Assembly (NCBI GenBank): GCA_947501605.1
Contig: CANMWZ010000002.1
Location: 1 to 64,000 of the forward strand
DNA length: 64,000 bases
Source: Planctomycetota bacterium
Lineage (GTDB): Bacteria > Planctomycetota > UBA1135 > UBA2386
Direction of reading: 5' to 3'
Of the stretch, positions 40,513 to 50,662 are shown one piece after another; positions within the stretch are counted from its first letter, which is position 1; each line of letters opens with the position of its first letter. Below the pieces are notes generated by a model, which did not search any database, was not told the origin of the DNA, and worked only from the letters and a program-made list of their open reading frames with translations. A program made the position numbers and the translations under genes.

Positions 40513-41091
40513 ATGGCCAAGATCCCCGACAAGCAAGGAATCTTCTTCGAACTCGACGGCGTCCTCGTCGCGTCCCCCGACCTCGGTCCCAACAACGAAA
40601 TGAAGCTGCTGCCGCGCAGCTTCGAGGCTCTCGGCAAAATCGACCCGGAGCGATTCCGCATCTTCATTGCGACCAGTCGCCACGACATCGCCTTCGGCCA
40701 GCGCAAGGAGCGTGAGTTCACGCGCTTCTGCGAGGTCCTGGTCGAGCGCTTACGCGCCGACGGCATCCCCATCGCCAAGATCTACTCCTGCCCCTATCAC
40801 CCCAAGGGCAAGGGGCGCTTCCGCCGCGAATCCGTGTTCCGCAAGCCGGGGCCGGGCATCTTCAAGATGGCCCAACAGGAGTTTGACCTCAACCTGCACC
40901 GCTGCTGGATGATCGGCCATACCACTCTCGATGTGCTCGCAGCACAGCGCGCTGAAGTGGGCACGATCTTGGTTCGCACCGGTCAAGGCGGCCAAGACGC
41001 CCAGTACCCGGTGGAGTCGCATTTTGTTGAAGACGACCTCTGGGAGGCCATCTCTCGCATCAATCAGTTCGAGCACGCCTTGCGCGTGTGA
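40513..41091 (+). CDS. HAD-IIIA GmhB/HisB-like protein with degenerate catalytic motifs
   Basis: IFFELDGVL, IYSCPYHP, RKPGPG, WMIGH...D..AA, ILVRTG match the GmhB layout; AGGA upstream of ATG 40513. Confidence 0.8.
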   Translation: MAKIPDKQGIFFELDGVLVASPDLGPNNEMKLLPRSFEALGKIDPERFRIFIATSRHDIAFGQRKEREFTRFCEVLVERLRADGIPIAKIYSCPYHPKGKGRFRRESVFRKPGPGIFKMAQQEFDLNLHRCWMIGHTTLDVLAAQRAEVGTILVRTGQGGQDAQYPVESHFVEDDLWEAISRINQFEHALRV

Positions 41092-41110
41092 CGGACCGCA
41101 GAGCGCCGCG

Positions 41111-41851
41111 TCAGTCGAGTGCCACCGCACCGACGACGCCACCGCCCCGGTGACGCAGCGCCGCGGCCAATACCGAGGCGCTGGTCTCCCCGAGCACCAC
41201 CCGATGGGAGCGCCCAACGGAGAGCTTGCATCGCAGTGCCTCTCCCGTGTCGGTCATGGTCGTGTCCACCGGCACGACGGGCATCGTTCGGCCTACCACT
41301 GCGAGCCCCGCGGCAATTGCGGCAGCCGCAATCGACGGCACATAGACGGCGGTGCATTCGGCCGGTAGATGCGTGCCGAACTCCATCCCGATCGTCGCCA
41401 ATCCCGCCGCGACCTCAGGATGCTCCGCCCCCGGCAACGGCAGGTGCCCGTTCTGTCGTTGCATGCGTGCGGCCGAGGCGACGGGGTCGGCAACCACTTC
41501 GACCGTGGCCTTGAGCGACGCGAGCGCTTCGTTCACGTCGTCGAGCAGCGGCACGCTGGAGAACACATGCATCGACAACCGGTGATGGTACGCCGCGACC
41601 GCCGCCGCGAGTACCTGTGCCACGGGCCCGCAGAAGGACACGCCGGGCAAGGCCCCGTAGCTCTTCAACAGCAGATGCAGGTAGCCGCGATACCAGCCCG
41701 AGCCTCCGGTTTGGATGAGCTCGGCTTTCCAGCGCAAATCGACCTCACCATCGCCAGCCAAGTGCACGCCACCGATAACCGGCGTGGTCACAACCTGACC
41801 GCGCAGCTTGGCTGCGGCCGAGTGCACCACCGGGGCTGACAAGTCGTTCAT
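41111..41851 (-). CDS. Threonine-dehydratase-like (fold-type II PLP family) protein lacking PLP-binding residues
   Basis: TTPV, KAELIQTGGSGWYRG (cf. KxENLQxTGSFKxRG), GLATIGME; shorter than typical. Confidence 0.65.
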   Translation of the reverse strand: MNDLSAPVVHSAAAKLRGQVVTTPVIGGVHLAGDGEVDLRWKAELIQTGGSGWYRGYLHLLLKSYGALPGVSFCGPVAQVLAAAVAAYHHRLSMHVFSSVPLLDDVNEALASLKATVEVVADPVASAARMQRQNGHLPLPGAEHPEVAAGLATIGMEFGTHLPAECTAVYVPSIAAAAIAAGLAVVGRTMPVVPVDTTMTDTGEALRCKLSVGRSHRVVLGETSASVLAAALRHRGGGVVGAVALD

Positions 41852-41881
41852 GCCGCCGATCTTCGATTGCCTGCAGGGGAC

Positions 41882-42667
41882 TCACAAGGTCGCACTGAGC
41901 GTTCTGGCCCGGCACGAAGTGAGCAGCGCCACCTCATGCGCCCCGGCCGCGAGCAAGACGCGTGCGCACGCACGGGCCGTGGCGCCTGAGGTCGTCACGT
42001 CGTCGATCAACACGATGCGCTGCCCGCAGACTACCTGCGGACGCTCGACCTCGAAGGCGCCGTCGACGTTCAGGGCGCGCGAGAGGACGCGGGGGTCGCC
42101 TTGCGGTCGGGTCGCGCGCGAACGGCGCAAGCAACTGGCCACACAGCACAGCGAGAGTCGCGTAGCAACTGCTTGGGCTAGCAGTTCTGCCTGGTCGAAG
42201 CCACGGGCGCGGCGCCGCAAACGATGCAACGGCACCGCCACGATGCGTGCGTGTCGCCACTCCGGCATGAGGCTACTGCCCACGACTTCGGCCATGGCTT
42301 TGGCAAGCAGAGAGAGGGCACCAAAGTCTCCCGCCAGCTTGAATCGCCGCACCAACGCTCCGCCGGTTCCGCGGTAGCGAAACGGGGCGCGGGCGAAGGC
42401 GATCCCCTGCAGAGGGCGGTGGTCGTAGCTACACCGCCCGGGAGCCGCCAGTGGCTCGCCGCACCGACGACAGCCGCCCGGTGGAATCCCCTCGAGATGC
42501 ACGCGGCACGGTCGGCAGAGGCGATACCCGGCGTCGAGTTCCCCCCGGCCGGCACCGCACCCCGGGCAGTGCGGCGGCAGCACCAGGTCGAGGCATGCCG
42601 CCTTCAGTTCGCGCACTAGTCGCCGGTAGACAATGCGGGCCCCGAGTTGCTTCGTTCCCATGAGCAT
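41882..42667 (-). CDS. comF: ComF family protein (double zinc ribbon + phosphoribosyltransferase)
   Basis: PPHCPGC, CRPC, CRRC; VPLH..RRR.RGFDQA..LA; R..NV.GAF; LIDDVTTSGAT. Confidence 0.88.
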   Translation of the reverse strand: MLMGTKQLGARIVYRRLVRELKAACLDLVLPPHCPGCGAGRGELDAGYRLCRPCRVHLEGIPPGGCRRCGEPLAAPGRCSYDHRPLQGIAFARAPFRYRGTGGALVRRFKLAGDFGALSLLAKAMAEVVGSSLMPEWRHARIVAVPLHRLRRRARGFDQAELLAQAVATRLSLCCVASCLRRSRATRPQGDPRVLSRALNVDGAFEVERPQVVCGQRIVLIDDVTTSGATARACARVLLAAGAHEVALLTSCRARTLSATL

Positions 42668-42805
42668 AGGGGAACGATCACGTGCGTTCTGGTCGCCTCC
42701 GCAACTGGCTTGCGGCGCGCCTAGCCGGCAGCCCTACCCTGCGCGGGTGTTTGCGGGATGGGCCACCGGGCGCTCCGGCCGGATTGGCGTGCGCGCCACG
42801 TAACC

Positions 42806-43357
42806 TCAGCGGGGGAGGGCGATGCGGCGGGCGCGGTCGGCCGCGGCTGGGGCCTTGGCCCCGGGTGCGGTCACGCCGAGAGCCTGACGGACCTGATGGA
42901 CGTAGGCCTCGACCGTCATGTCCGGAGAATGTGGGACCCCGAGAAGGGCCCCAATCTCCTTGGTCAGCTCCATGTTCTCCGTGAACGACCAGTTGCGCTG
43001 GGCCTCGAAGAACTCGCGCAACAGCTTCTTGAATGCTCGACGGGTGAAGTAGGCGCCAACGCCATAGACCGCGACCGCAAAGGCGATGATGCCACCGCAG
43101 AGAACAAGCGTCAGGAGCTCGCCGGTCCAGTGGCCGATGACCTGGAGCAGGAACCCAACCGTCAGGAATAGGAAGCCGATGACGACCTGCACGGCGTTGA
43201 GGGCCGTGTCCTGGGCCTTGTCCAGGCTGCGCAAAGACACACCCAGAGTCTCCTCGAGGGCTTTGCGCGGCTCCCGGAAGCGGATCGAGTTCGCCAAGAA
43301 GAACACACCTACGACGTTGCAGGTGAGACCGATGACGACGAAGGCTGACGTGTCCAT
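42806..43357 (-). CDS. Hypothetical membrane protein (about 3 TM segments)
   Basis: Hydrophobic segments FVVIGLTCNVVGVFFL, VVIGFLFLTVGFLL, VLCGGIIAFAVAVYGV; strongly GC3-biased codons; start ATG 43357. Confidence 0.75.
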   Translation of the reverse strand: MDTSAFVVIGLTCNVVGVFFLANSIRFREPRKALEETLGVSLRSLDKAQDTALNAVQVVIGFLFLTVGFLLQVIGHWTGELLTLVLCGGIIAFAVAVYGVGAYFTRRAFKKLLREFFEAQRNWSFTENMELTKEIGALLGVPHSPDMTVEAYVHQVRQALGVTAPGAKAPAAADRARRIALPR

Positions 43358-43544
43358 GGTTGCGCGGGCGAAGGTCGGCTGCGAACCAGGGGCGCTGGCC
43401 GGCAACCCGCGCGGGACAGCACCGTGTCTGGCTCCGAGCGTTGCCGGACGCCTCCGGCACGGCGCGGGATGCTAACGCGCCGGACCGGGAGAGCGCCACC
43501 CAGTCCCCGCCAGAGTTGCTTTCCTTGACCGGGAATGGGGTGGG

Positions 43545-43575
43545 TAGTTCACAGTTTGACCACAGCTTTTGCACA
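43545..43575. promoter_or_regulatory. Three DnaA-box-like 9-mers at 11-bp period
   Basis: TAGTTCACA (43545), TTGACCACA (43556), TTTTGCACA (43567). The last fits TTWTNCACA exactly; the other two have 2 mismatches. Confidence 0.45.
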
Positions 43576-43697
43576 ACCCGACGGCCGGTCCCAGCGGCGA
43601 CGTTCCACCCGCTGCCGACGGGAAAGCGCCAATGGGGCACGCGATCTTCGGTCGCCGTCTTTGCGGCGTGACGTCGCGCCGGCATAAGGGCTGCCGT

Positions 43698-43982
43698 ATG
43701 TCCGCCCCAACCGACAATCCCCTCGACCGACTGTGCCGCTTGGCGCGGCTGCGCCCGCCGACGACCGGCCGTGACGAGCTTGAGCGACGGCTCAAGGCTG
43801 TGGTCAGCGCCTTCGCCGACCTCCGCGAGGTCGATACCGGCGGGGTCGTCGATGCCACCCCACCGCCGGGCCGACTGCGCGCCGACGAACCCGGACCGGT
43901 GCTGACCGTCGAGGAGGCGCTGGCCAACAGCGCCAACAAGGCGGCGGACTGCTTCCTGGTCCCACGCGTGGTCGAGGGCTGA
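43698..43982 (+). CDS. gatC: Asp/Glu-tRNA amidotransferase subunit C
   Basis: LARL, L.EVDT, LRADEP, EALAN, FLVPRV; directly upstream of gatA. Confidence 0.85.
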   Translation: MSAPTDNPLDRLCRLARLRPPTTGRDELERRLKAVVSAFADLREVDTGGVVDATPPPGRLRADEPGPVLTVEEALANSANKAADCFLVPRVVEG

Positions 43983-43985
43983 ACG

Positions 43986-45454
43986 ATGCCGCACATCGAT
44001 CTTCGTTCCGCCGCCGCCATCGCCGGCGCCGTCCGCAGCGGTGCCCTATGCGCTACCGACGTCGTCGCCACGGCGCTCGCGGCAGTCGAACGCCGCAATC
44101 GGCACGAGAATGCCCTGGTCGAGACCTTCGCCGCCTCGGCCATGGCCACGGCCGAACGAGTCGATGCGGCGCGCCGTCGCGGCGAGGATCCTGGCCCACT
44201 CGCCGGCGTCCCCATCGCCATCAAAGACAACCTGCTGCTGCGAGGCCACATCGCCGCCTGCGGCAGTCGCATGCTCGCCGACTTCCGTGCCCCCTACACC
44301 GCGACCGTCGTGCAGCGCCTCCTTGACCGCGGTGCCGTCGTAATCGGCCGCACCAACATGGACGAGTTCGGCATGGGAAGCTCAACCGAACACTCCGCCT
44401 ATGGCCCGACGCGCAACCCTTGGGATCGATCGCGCGTACCTGGCGGCAGCAGCGGCGGTGCCGCCGCGGCCGTAGCCGGCGAACTCTGCCCCATCGCCTT
44501 TGGCAGCGACACGGGTGGCTCGGTCCGGCAACCAGCATCGATGTGCAACCTGACTGGCCTGAAGCCGACCTACGGCCGCATGAGCCGCTACGGTCTCGTC
44601 GCCTACGCCAGTTCCCTCGACTGCATCGGCGTGCTTGCTCATGACGCTGCCGACCTCGCACTGGCGCTGGGCGTCGCCGGTCCCGACGGGCGCGACACCA
44701 CCGCCCTCGATGCACCGGTGCCGGCTTACGTCGCGGAACTCGCCAACCGGACAGAACTCAAAGGCCTGCGCATCGGCGTGCTCGACGACGACGACGGCGG
44801 TGCCGGTCTCGATGCCGCGGTGAAGGCGGCGACGACGACCGCCCTGCAAACCCTCGAAGCGCTCGGCGCGCGCTTGGTACCGTGCGTTTTGCCGCACGTC
44901 CGCCACGCCGTTTCCACCTACTACTTGCTGGCCGCAGCCGAGGCCTCGTCCAACCTCGCTCGCTACGACGGCGTGCGCTTCGGGCTGTCGCGCAAAGGCC
45001 GCACGATCGACGAGAGCTACGCCAACAGCCGGAGCGACGGCTTCGGCGCCGAAGTGCAGCTGCGCATCCTGCTCGGTACCCACGCGCTGCAGCATGGCTA
45101 CCACGACGAACTCTACGGTCAGGCGACGCGCGTGCGGCAGCTGCTGCGCCGCGACTTTGACGCCGCCTTCGCGCACTGCGACCTGATCGCCAGCCCGACC
45201 TCGCCACTGCCTGCATTCGCCATCGGTAGCAAGATCGATGATCCTGTGGCGATGTACCGCTGTGACGCGATGACCGTGCCCGCAAGCCTCGCTGGCCTAC
45301 CGGCGCTGTCGATGCCCTGTGGCTTCGCCAAGGGCAACTTGCCCATCGGCCTTCAACTCACGGCGCCAGCGCTCGCCGAAGTCCTCCTCCTGCAAGTTGC
45401 AAACGTCTATCAGCAGCGAACCGATTGGCATCGCCAGAGGCCAGAAGAGTGCAC

Positions 45455-45458
<4 letters not shown>
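43986..45458 (+). CDS. gatA: Asp/Glu-tRNA amidotransferase subunit A
   Basis: GVPIAIKDN, NMDEFGMGSS, PGGSSGG, GSDTGGSVRQPA, EASSNLARYDG. Confidence 0.96.
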
Positions 45459-46873
<1,415 letters not shown>

Positions 46874-47047
46874 ACACCGCGCCGGAGCAGTCGGCGGCGG
46901 CGCGGTTCCGTCACCGCGCGCTCGGTTGACGGGCTGCGATCCATCACCTGGTGCGGCGTCGAGTCGTGGCATGCGACGCAGCGCGCTCGGCGTCCAACGT
47001 CACCTTCGAGTCGAAGGCGCCGGCAGGATGCGTTCTAGAACGGGCGG

Positions 47048-48085
47048 CTAAGGGACCGCGTCGAAGGACTCCAATTCGATGCGCGGCGTCCAATAGCCAT
47101 CCCTGACCGGCTCGACCCGACACAGGTCCGTCGACAGGTACTTCTTGTTCGAGTCGCACAGGATGGTCACGACCGCAGCAGCAGGCACGTCGCACGCGCC
47201 TCTTGCACGTTCGACGATCTGCATCGCGCCGATGACGTTGGCGCCGCTGCTGATGCCGACGGCGAGCCCGAGCCTCTTGGCGAGGCTCTGAGCCATCAGA
47301 ATCGCATCCCCGTCCCAAACGTCGACGATGTCGTCGAGCCAGGCGAGGTCCACCACCGCTGGAACAAAGTCGTCGGAGATGCCCTGGATGCGATGCGAAC
47401 CGACCTTGTGACCCGTGCGCAACGTCGGCGAGTTCGCCGGTTCGAGCGGGTGCACCTTCACCGCGGGGAATGCAGCCCGCAGCGCGCGCCCGACACCCAT
47501 CACCGTGCCGCCGGTACCGACGCCGGCCACGAACGCGCTGGGATGCTGGCCGAAGGCCTCGAGTTGCAGCAGGATCTCCGGGCCGGTGCTGCTGGCGTGT
47601 GCCCGAACGTTGGCAGCGTTCTCGAACTGGCACGGCGAAAACACGCGGTCTTCGTGAAGCGCCGCATGACGGGCCTGATCGACAGCCCCGACAAACCCGC
47701 CCTGCTCGCGGCTGACATCGACGAGTTCGGCGCCGAGGCTGCTGATCAGGGCCCGTCGCTCCTGGCTCATCCAGTCCGGCATGTAAATGCGCACCGGGTG
47801 ACCGAGTGCGCGGCCTAGGGCCGCAAACGCAATGCCGGTATTGCCCGAGCTCGCTTCGACGATGCGATCGCCGGCTCGCAGCTGCCCGCTGAGGTAGGCC
47901 TCGGCCAGGATATGGCACGCCATGCGGTCCTTGATCGAACCCGTCATGTTGCGCGACTCGTACTTGGCGTAGAGCCGTCGCGGCGCGCCATCGCAGCGGT
48001 AGAAAATCTCCACCATCGGCGTGCGACCGACGAGGGCACGCAGAGCCGAGATTCTGCGCAGCGGGTCGGTGGACGATGTCGTCAC
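47048..48085 (-). CDS. PLP-dependent cysteine synthase family protein
   Basis: GRTP, KYE..N.TGSIKDR, EASSGNTG, GVGTGGT, HRIQGI, GISSGAN, CDSNKKYLST; start tentative. Confidence 0.9.
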   Translation of the reverse strand: MTTSSTDPLRRISALRALVGRTPMVEIFYRCDGAPRRLYAKYESRNMTGSIKDRMACHILAEAYLSGQLRAGDRIVEASSGNTGIAFAALGRALGHPVRIYMPDWMSQERRALISSLGAELVDVSREQGGFVGAVDQARHAALHEDRVFSPCQFENAANVRAHASSTGPEILLQLEAFGQHPSAFVAGVGTGGTVMGVGRALRAAFPAVKVHPLEPANSPTLRTGHKVGSHRIQGISDDFVPAVVDLAWLDDIVDVWDGDAILMAQSLAKRLGLAVGISSGANVIGAMQIVERARGACDVPAAAVVTILCDSNKKYLSTDLCRVEPVRDGYWTPRIELESFDAVP

Positions 48086-48218
48086 CGAGGACGAATGACG
48101 CAGCGCTCTCGGAGTTTCGCCGACTCCCTGACGACGCGCCGATCCTATGCTTGTCCTCTGCCCAGGCGGGTGACATGTTGTGCCGCAGTGCGGCAACAGG
48201 CCGCGCCTTCTAGCCAGC

Positions 48219-49157
48219 ATGAACTACGCACTCCGCCTGCACGAGGTGACGAAGCGCTTTGGCAGCTTCACCGCCGTGGATCGCCTCTCGCTCGACATCC
48301 CTCGCGGCTGCATCTACGGCCTTCTTGGCCAGAATGGCGCCGGCAAGACCACGACCATTCGCATGGTCATGAGCATCTTCCATCCAGACTCGGGCACGAT
48401 CGAAGTGCTCGGCAAGCCTGATGCGTCGATGGTCAAGGACAAGCTCGGCTACTTGCCAGAGGAGAAGGGCCTCTACAAGAAGATGCGGACCGCCGAGATC
48501 GTCGCCTACTTCGGCAAGCTGAAGGGCATGGACACCTCGACGGCGAACCTGAAGGCGCGCGAACTGCTGACCACCTACGGCCTCGGCGACTGGCTCGACA
48601 AGAAGTGCGAGGCGATGAGCAAAGGGATGGGCCAGAAGGTCCAATTGCTCGGCACGCTCATTCACGATCCCGAGCTGGTGATCCTCGACGAACCCTTCAG
48701 CGGCCTCGACCCCGTGAACCGCGATGTGATGCGCGACACGATACTCCGCATGAAGCGCGAAGGCCGCACGGTGATCTTCAGCACGCACGTGATGGAGCAG
48801 GCCGAACAGCTCTGCGACAGCGTGATGATGATCCACAAGAGCAAGCTGCAGTTCGCCGGCGCGCTTGGTCAGATCAAGCAAGGCCGCGACTTCGGCATCG
48901 TGCTCGACTACGACGGCGACGGCAGCGTGTTGAAGTCCGTCCCGAACGCGACGCGCGTCAACGACAGCGGCAAACAAGCCGAGATCTTCCTGCAATCGGG
49001 CGCCGACCCGCAGCAGACCCTGCGCTGGCTGGTCGATCGCGTCACCATTCGCCGCTTCGAGTACCGAGCTCCTACCTTGCACGAGATCTTCGTCCGCACC
49101 GTCGAGGACGCCAACGCGCGCCTCGCCGCCGCACCCGTCGCGCAAGGAGCCAGCTGA
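48219..49157 (+). CDS. ABC transporter ATP-binding protein (NatA/YhaQ-like)
   Basis: GQNGAGKTT, YLPEEKGLY, MSKGMGQK, ILDEPFSGLDP, FSTH, C-terminal PTLHEIF. Confidence 0.93.
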   Translation: MNYALRLHEVTKRFGSFTAVDRLSLDIPRGCIYGLLGQNGAGKTTTIRMVMSIFHPDSGTIEVLGKPDASMVKDKLGYLPEEKGLYKKMRTAEIVAYFGKLKGMDTSTANLKARELLTTYGLGDWLDKKCEAMSKGMGQKVQLLGTLIHDPELVILDEPFSGLDPVNRDVMRDTILRMKREGRTVIFSTHVMEQAEQLCDSVMMIHKSKLQFAGALGQIKQGRDFGIVLDYDGDGSVLKSVPNATRVNDSGKQAEIFLQSGADPQQTLRWLVDRVTIRRFEYRAPTLHEIFVRTVEDANARLAAAPVAQGAS

Positions 49158-49159
49158 AC

Positions 49160-50653
49160 ATGGCGAACAAGTCCTTCCTCGTCGCCCAGCGCGAGTACCT
49201 CGAGAACGTCCGCACCAAGACGTTCTGGCTGGGCATCCTGGCATTCCCGATCATCTTGATCCTGTCGCTCGGCGCCGGCTTCGTGCTCGCCAAGCTCAAG
49301 GAAGTGAAGACCTACGCAGTCCTCGATCTGACGGAACAGAAGATCGGCGAACAGATCGAACGCGCCGCGCGCACTCCCGACACGCCTGGGATGATGAAGC
49401 TCCTGCGTGGCTCGGGCCTGCCGCAGAAACTGCAGGAGATCCGCGACCGCTACCGCGACGCCATCGAGCCGGGTGTAGACGGCAAGGAACCCGAAGTCCC
49501 CGACGAGATGCGCCGCGAGCTGCAACGGGTGATGCTGGAGATTCCGGCCTCAGATTTTGCCGCGATCACCGAGAAGGCGACCGAAACCCAGAAGTCCGAC
49601 AAGTTCGAACTTCTGACTCTCGACGAACTCGGCATCGCCGGCATCCCCAGCGAAGAGCAGCGCAAGAAGCTCCGCGAGATGGTCGAGTCGAAGCGGCTGT
49701 TCGCCTACTTCGAGCTGGCGGGAGATCCGATCCAGTCGCTCAGTGACTTCCGCTACTTGTCGAACAACGTGACCGACAGCGGCCTCCGCGACATGTACGA
49801 CCGCGCCGCAACGCGCATTGTGCAGAAGCTCCGCATCGGCAAAGCCGGCATCGACCCAACCATTGCTCGCTCGCTCCAAGAGACCGTTCGCTTCCGCGAA
49901 CAGAAGCTCGGCGAAGACGGCAAGGCCGAGGACGTCAAGACCGGTGACAAGGCCAACAAGTACGCGCCCATGGGCTTTGTCTACCTGCTCTGGATCGCGG
50001 TGTTCACCGCGGCCCAGATGCTCTTGACGAACACGGTCGAAGAGAAGAGCAACCGCATCATCGAGGTGCTGCTCAGCTCGGTGTCACCCCTCGAACTCAT
50101 GGCGGGCAAGGTCTGGGGCATCGCTGCCACCGGCCTGACCCTGGTGCTGAGCTGGGTTCTCTGCGCGCTGATCGGCGTCTGGGTCGCGCCAAAGCTCATG
50201 CCCGGCTTCGACCTGCCGTTGATGGACGTCATCGGCGATCCGCTCTATCTCGCTTCGTTCGTCGGCTACTTCCTCGCTGGCTACCTGCTCTACGCCGCCT
50301 TCCTCGTCGCCATCGGCTCGGTGACCAACAGCCTCAAGGAAGCGCAGAACCTGCTGCAGCCGGTGTTCATCGTGTTGATCATCCCGCTGGTCTCGATGAT
50401 GTTCATCGTCGAAGAACCCAACGGCACGGTCGCCAAGATCCTCAGCTACATCCCGCTGTTCACGCCGTTCACCATGATGAACCGCGCTGGCGGCCCGCCA
50501 GAGCTCTACGAGTACGTGATCACCAGCGTCTTGCTGCTGGTGAGCGTGTGGTTTGCGTTCCGCGCAGCCGGCAAGGTGTTCCGCATCGGCGTCTTGATGA
50601 CGGGCAACCCACCGCGCCTCAAGGAGATCCTCGGCTGGTTGCGGGAGAAGTAG
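49160..50653 (+). CDS. ABC-2 type transporter permease (NatB/YhaP-like)
   Basis: REYL..VRTK.F, VEEKSNRIIEVLLSS, MAGKV.G, EAQ, SYIP.FTP; AAGGAG upstream of ATG 49160. Confidence 0.9.
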   Translation: MANKSFLVAQREYLENVRTKTFWLGILAFPIILILSLGAGFVLAKLKEVKTYAVLDLTEQKIGEQIERAARTPDTPGMMKLLRGSGLPQKLQEIRDRYRDAIEPGVDGKEPEVPDEMRRELQRVMLEIPASDFAAITEKATETQKSDKFELLTLDELGIAGIPSEEQRKKLREMVESKRLFAYFELAGDPIQSLSDFRYLSNNVTDSGLRDMYDRAATRIVQKLRIGKAGIDPTIARSLQETVRFREQKLGEDGKAEDVKTGDKANKYAPMGFVYLLWIAVFTAAQMLLTNTVEEKSNRIIEVLLSSVSPLELMAGKVWGIAATGLTLVLSWVLCALIGVWVAPKLMPGFDLPLMDVIGDPLYLASFVGYFLAGYLLYAAFLVAIGSVTNSLKEAQNLLQPVFIVLIIPLVSMMFIVEEPNGTVAKILSYIPLFTPFTMMNRAGGPPELYEYVITSVLLLVSVWFAFRAAGKVFRIGVLMTGNPPRLKEILGWLREK

Positions 50654-50662
50654 CCGCGCCGA

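Noticed and set aside
41882..42667. ComF as evidence of a competence locus
   Set aside because: ComF homologs are near-ubiquitous and no other DNA-uptake genes are adjacent.
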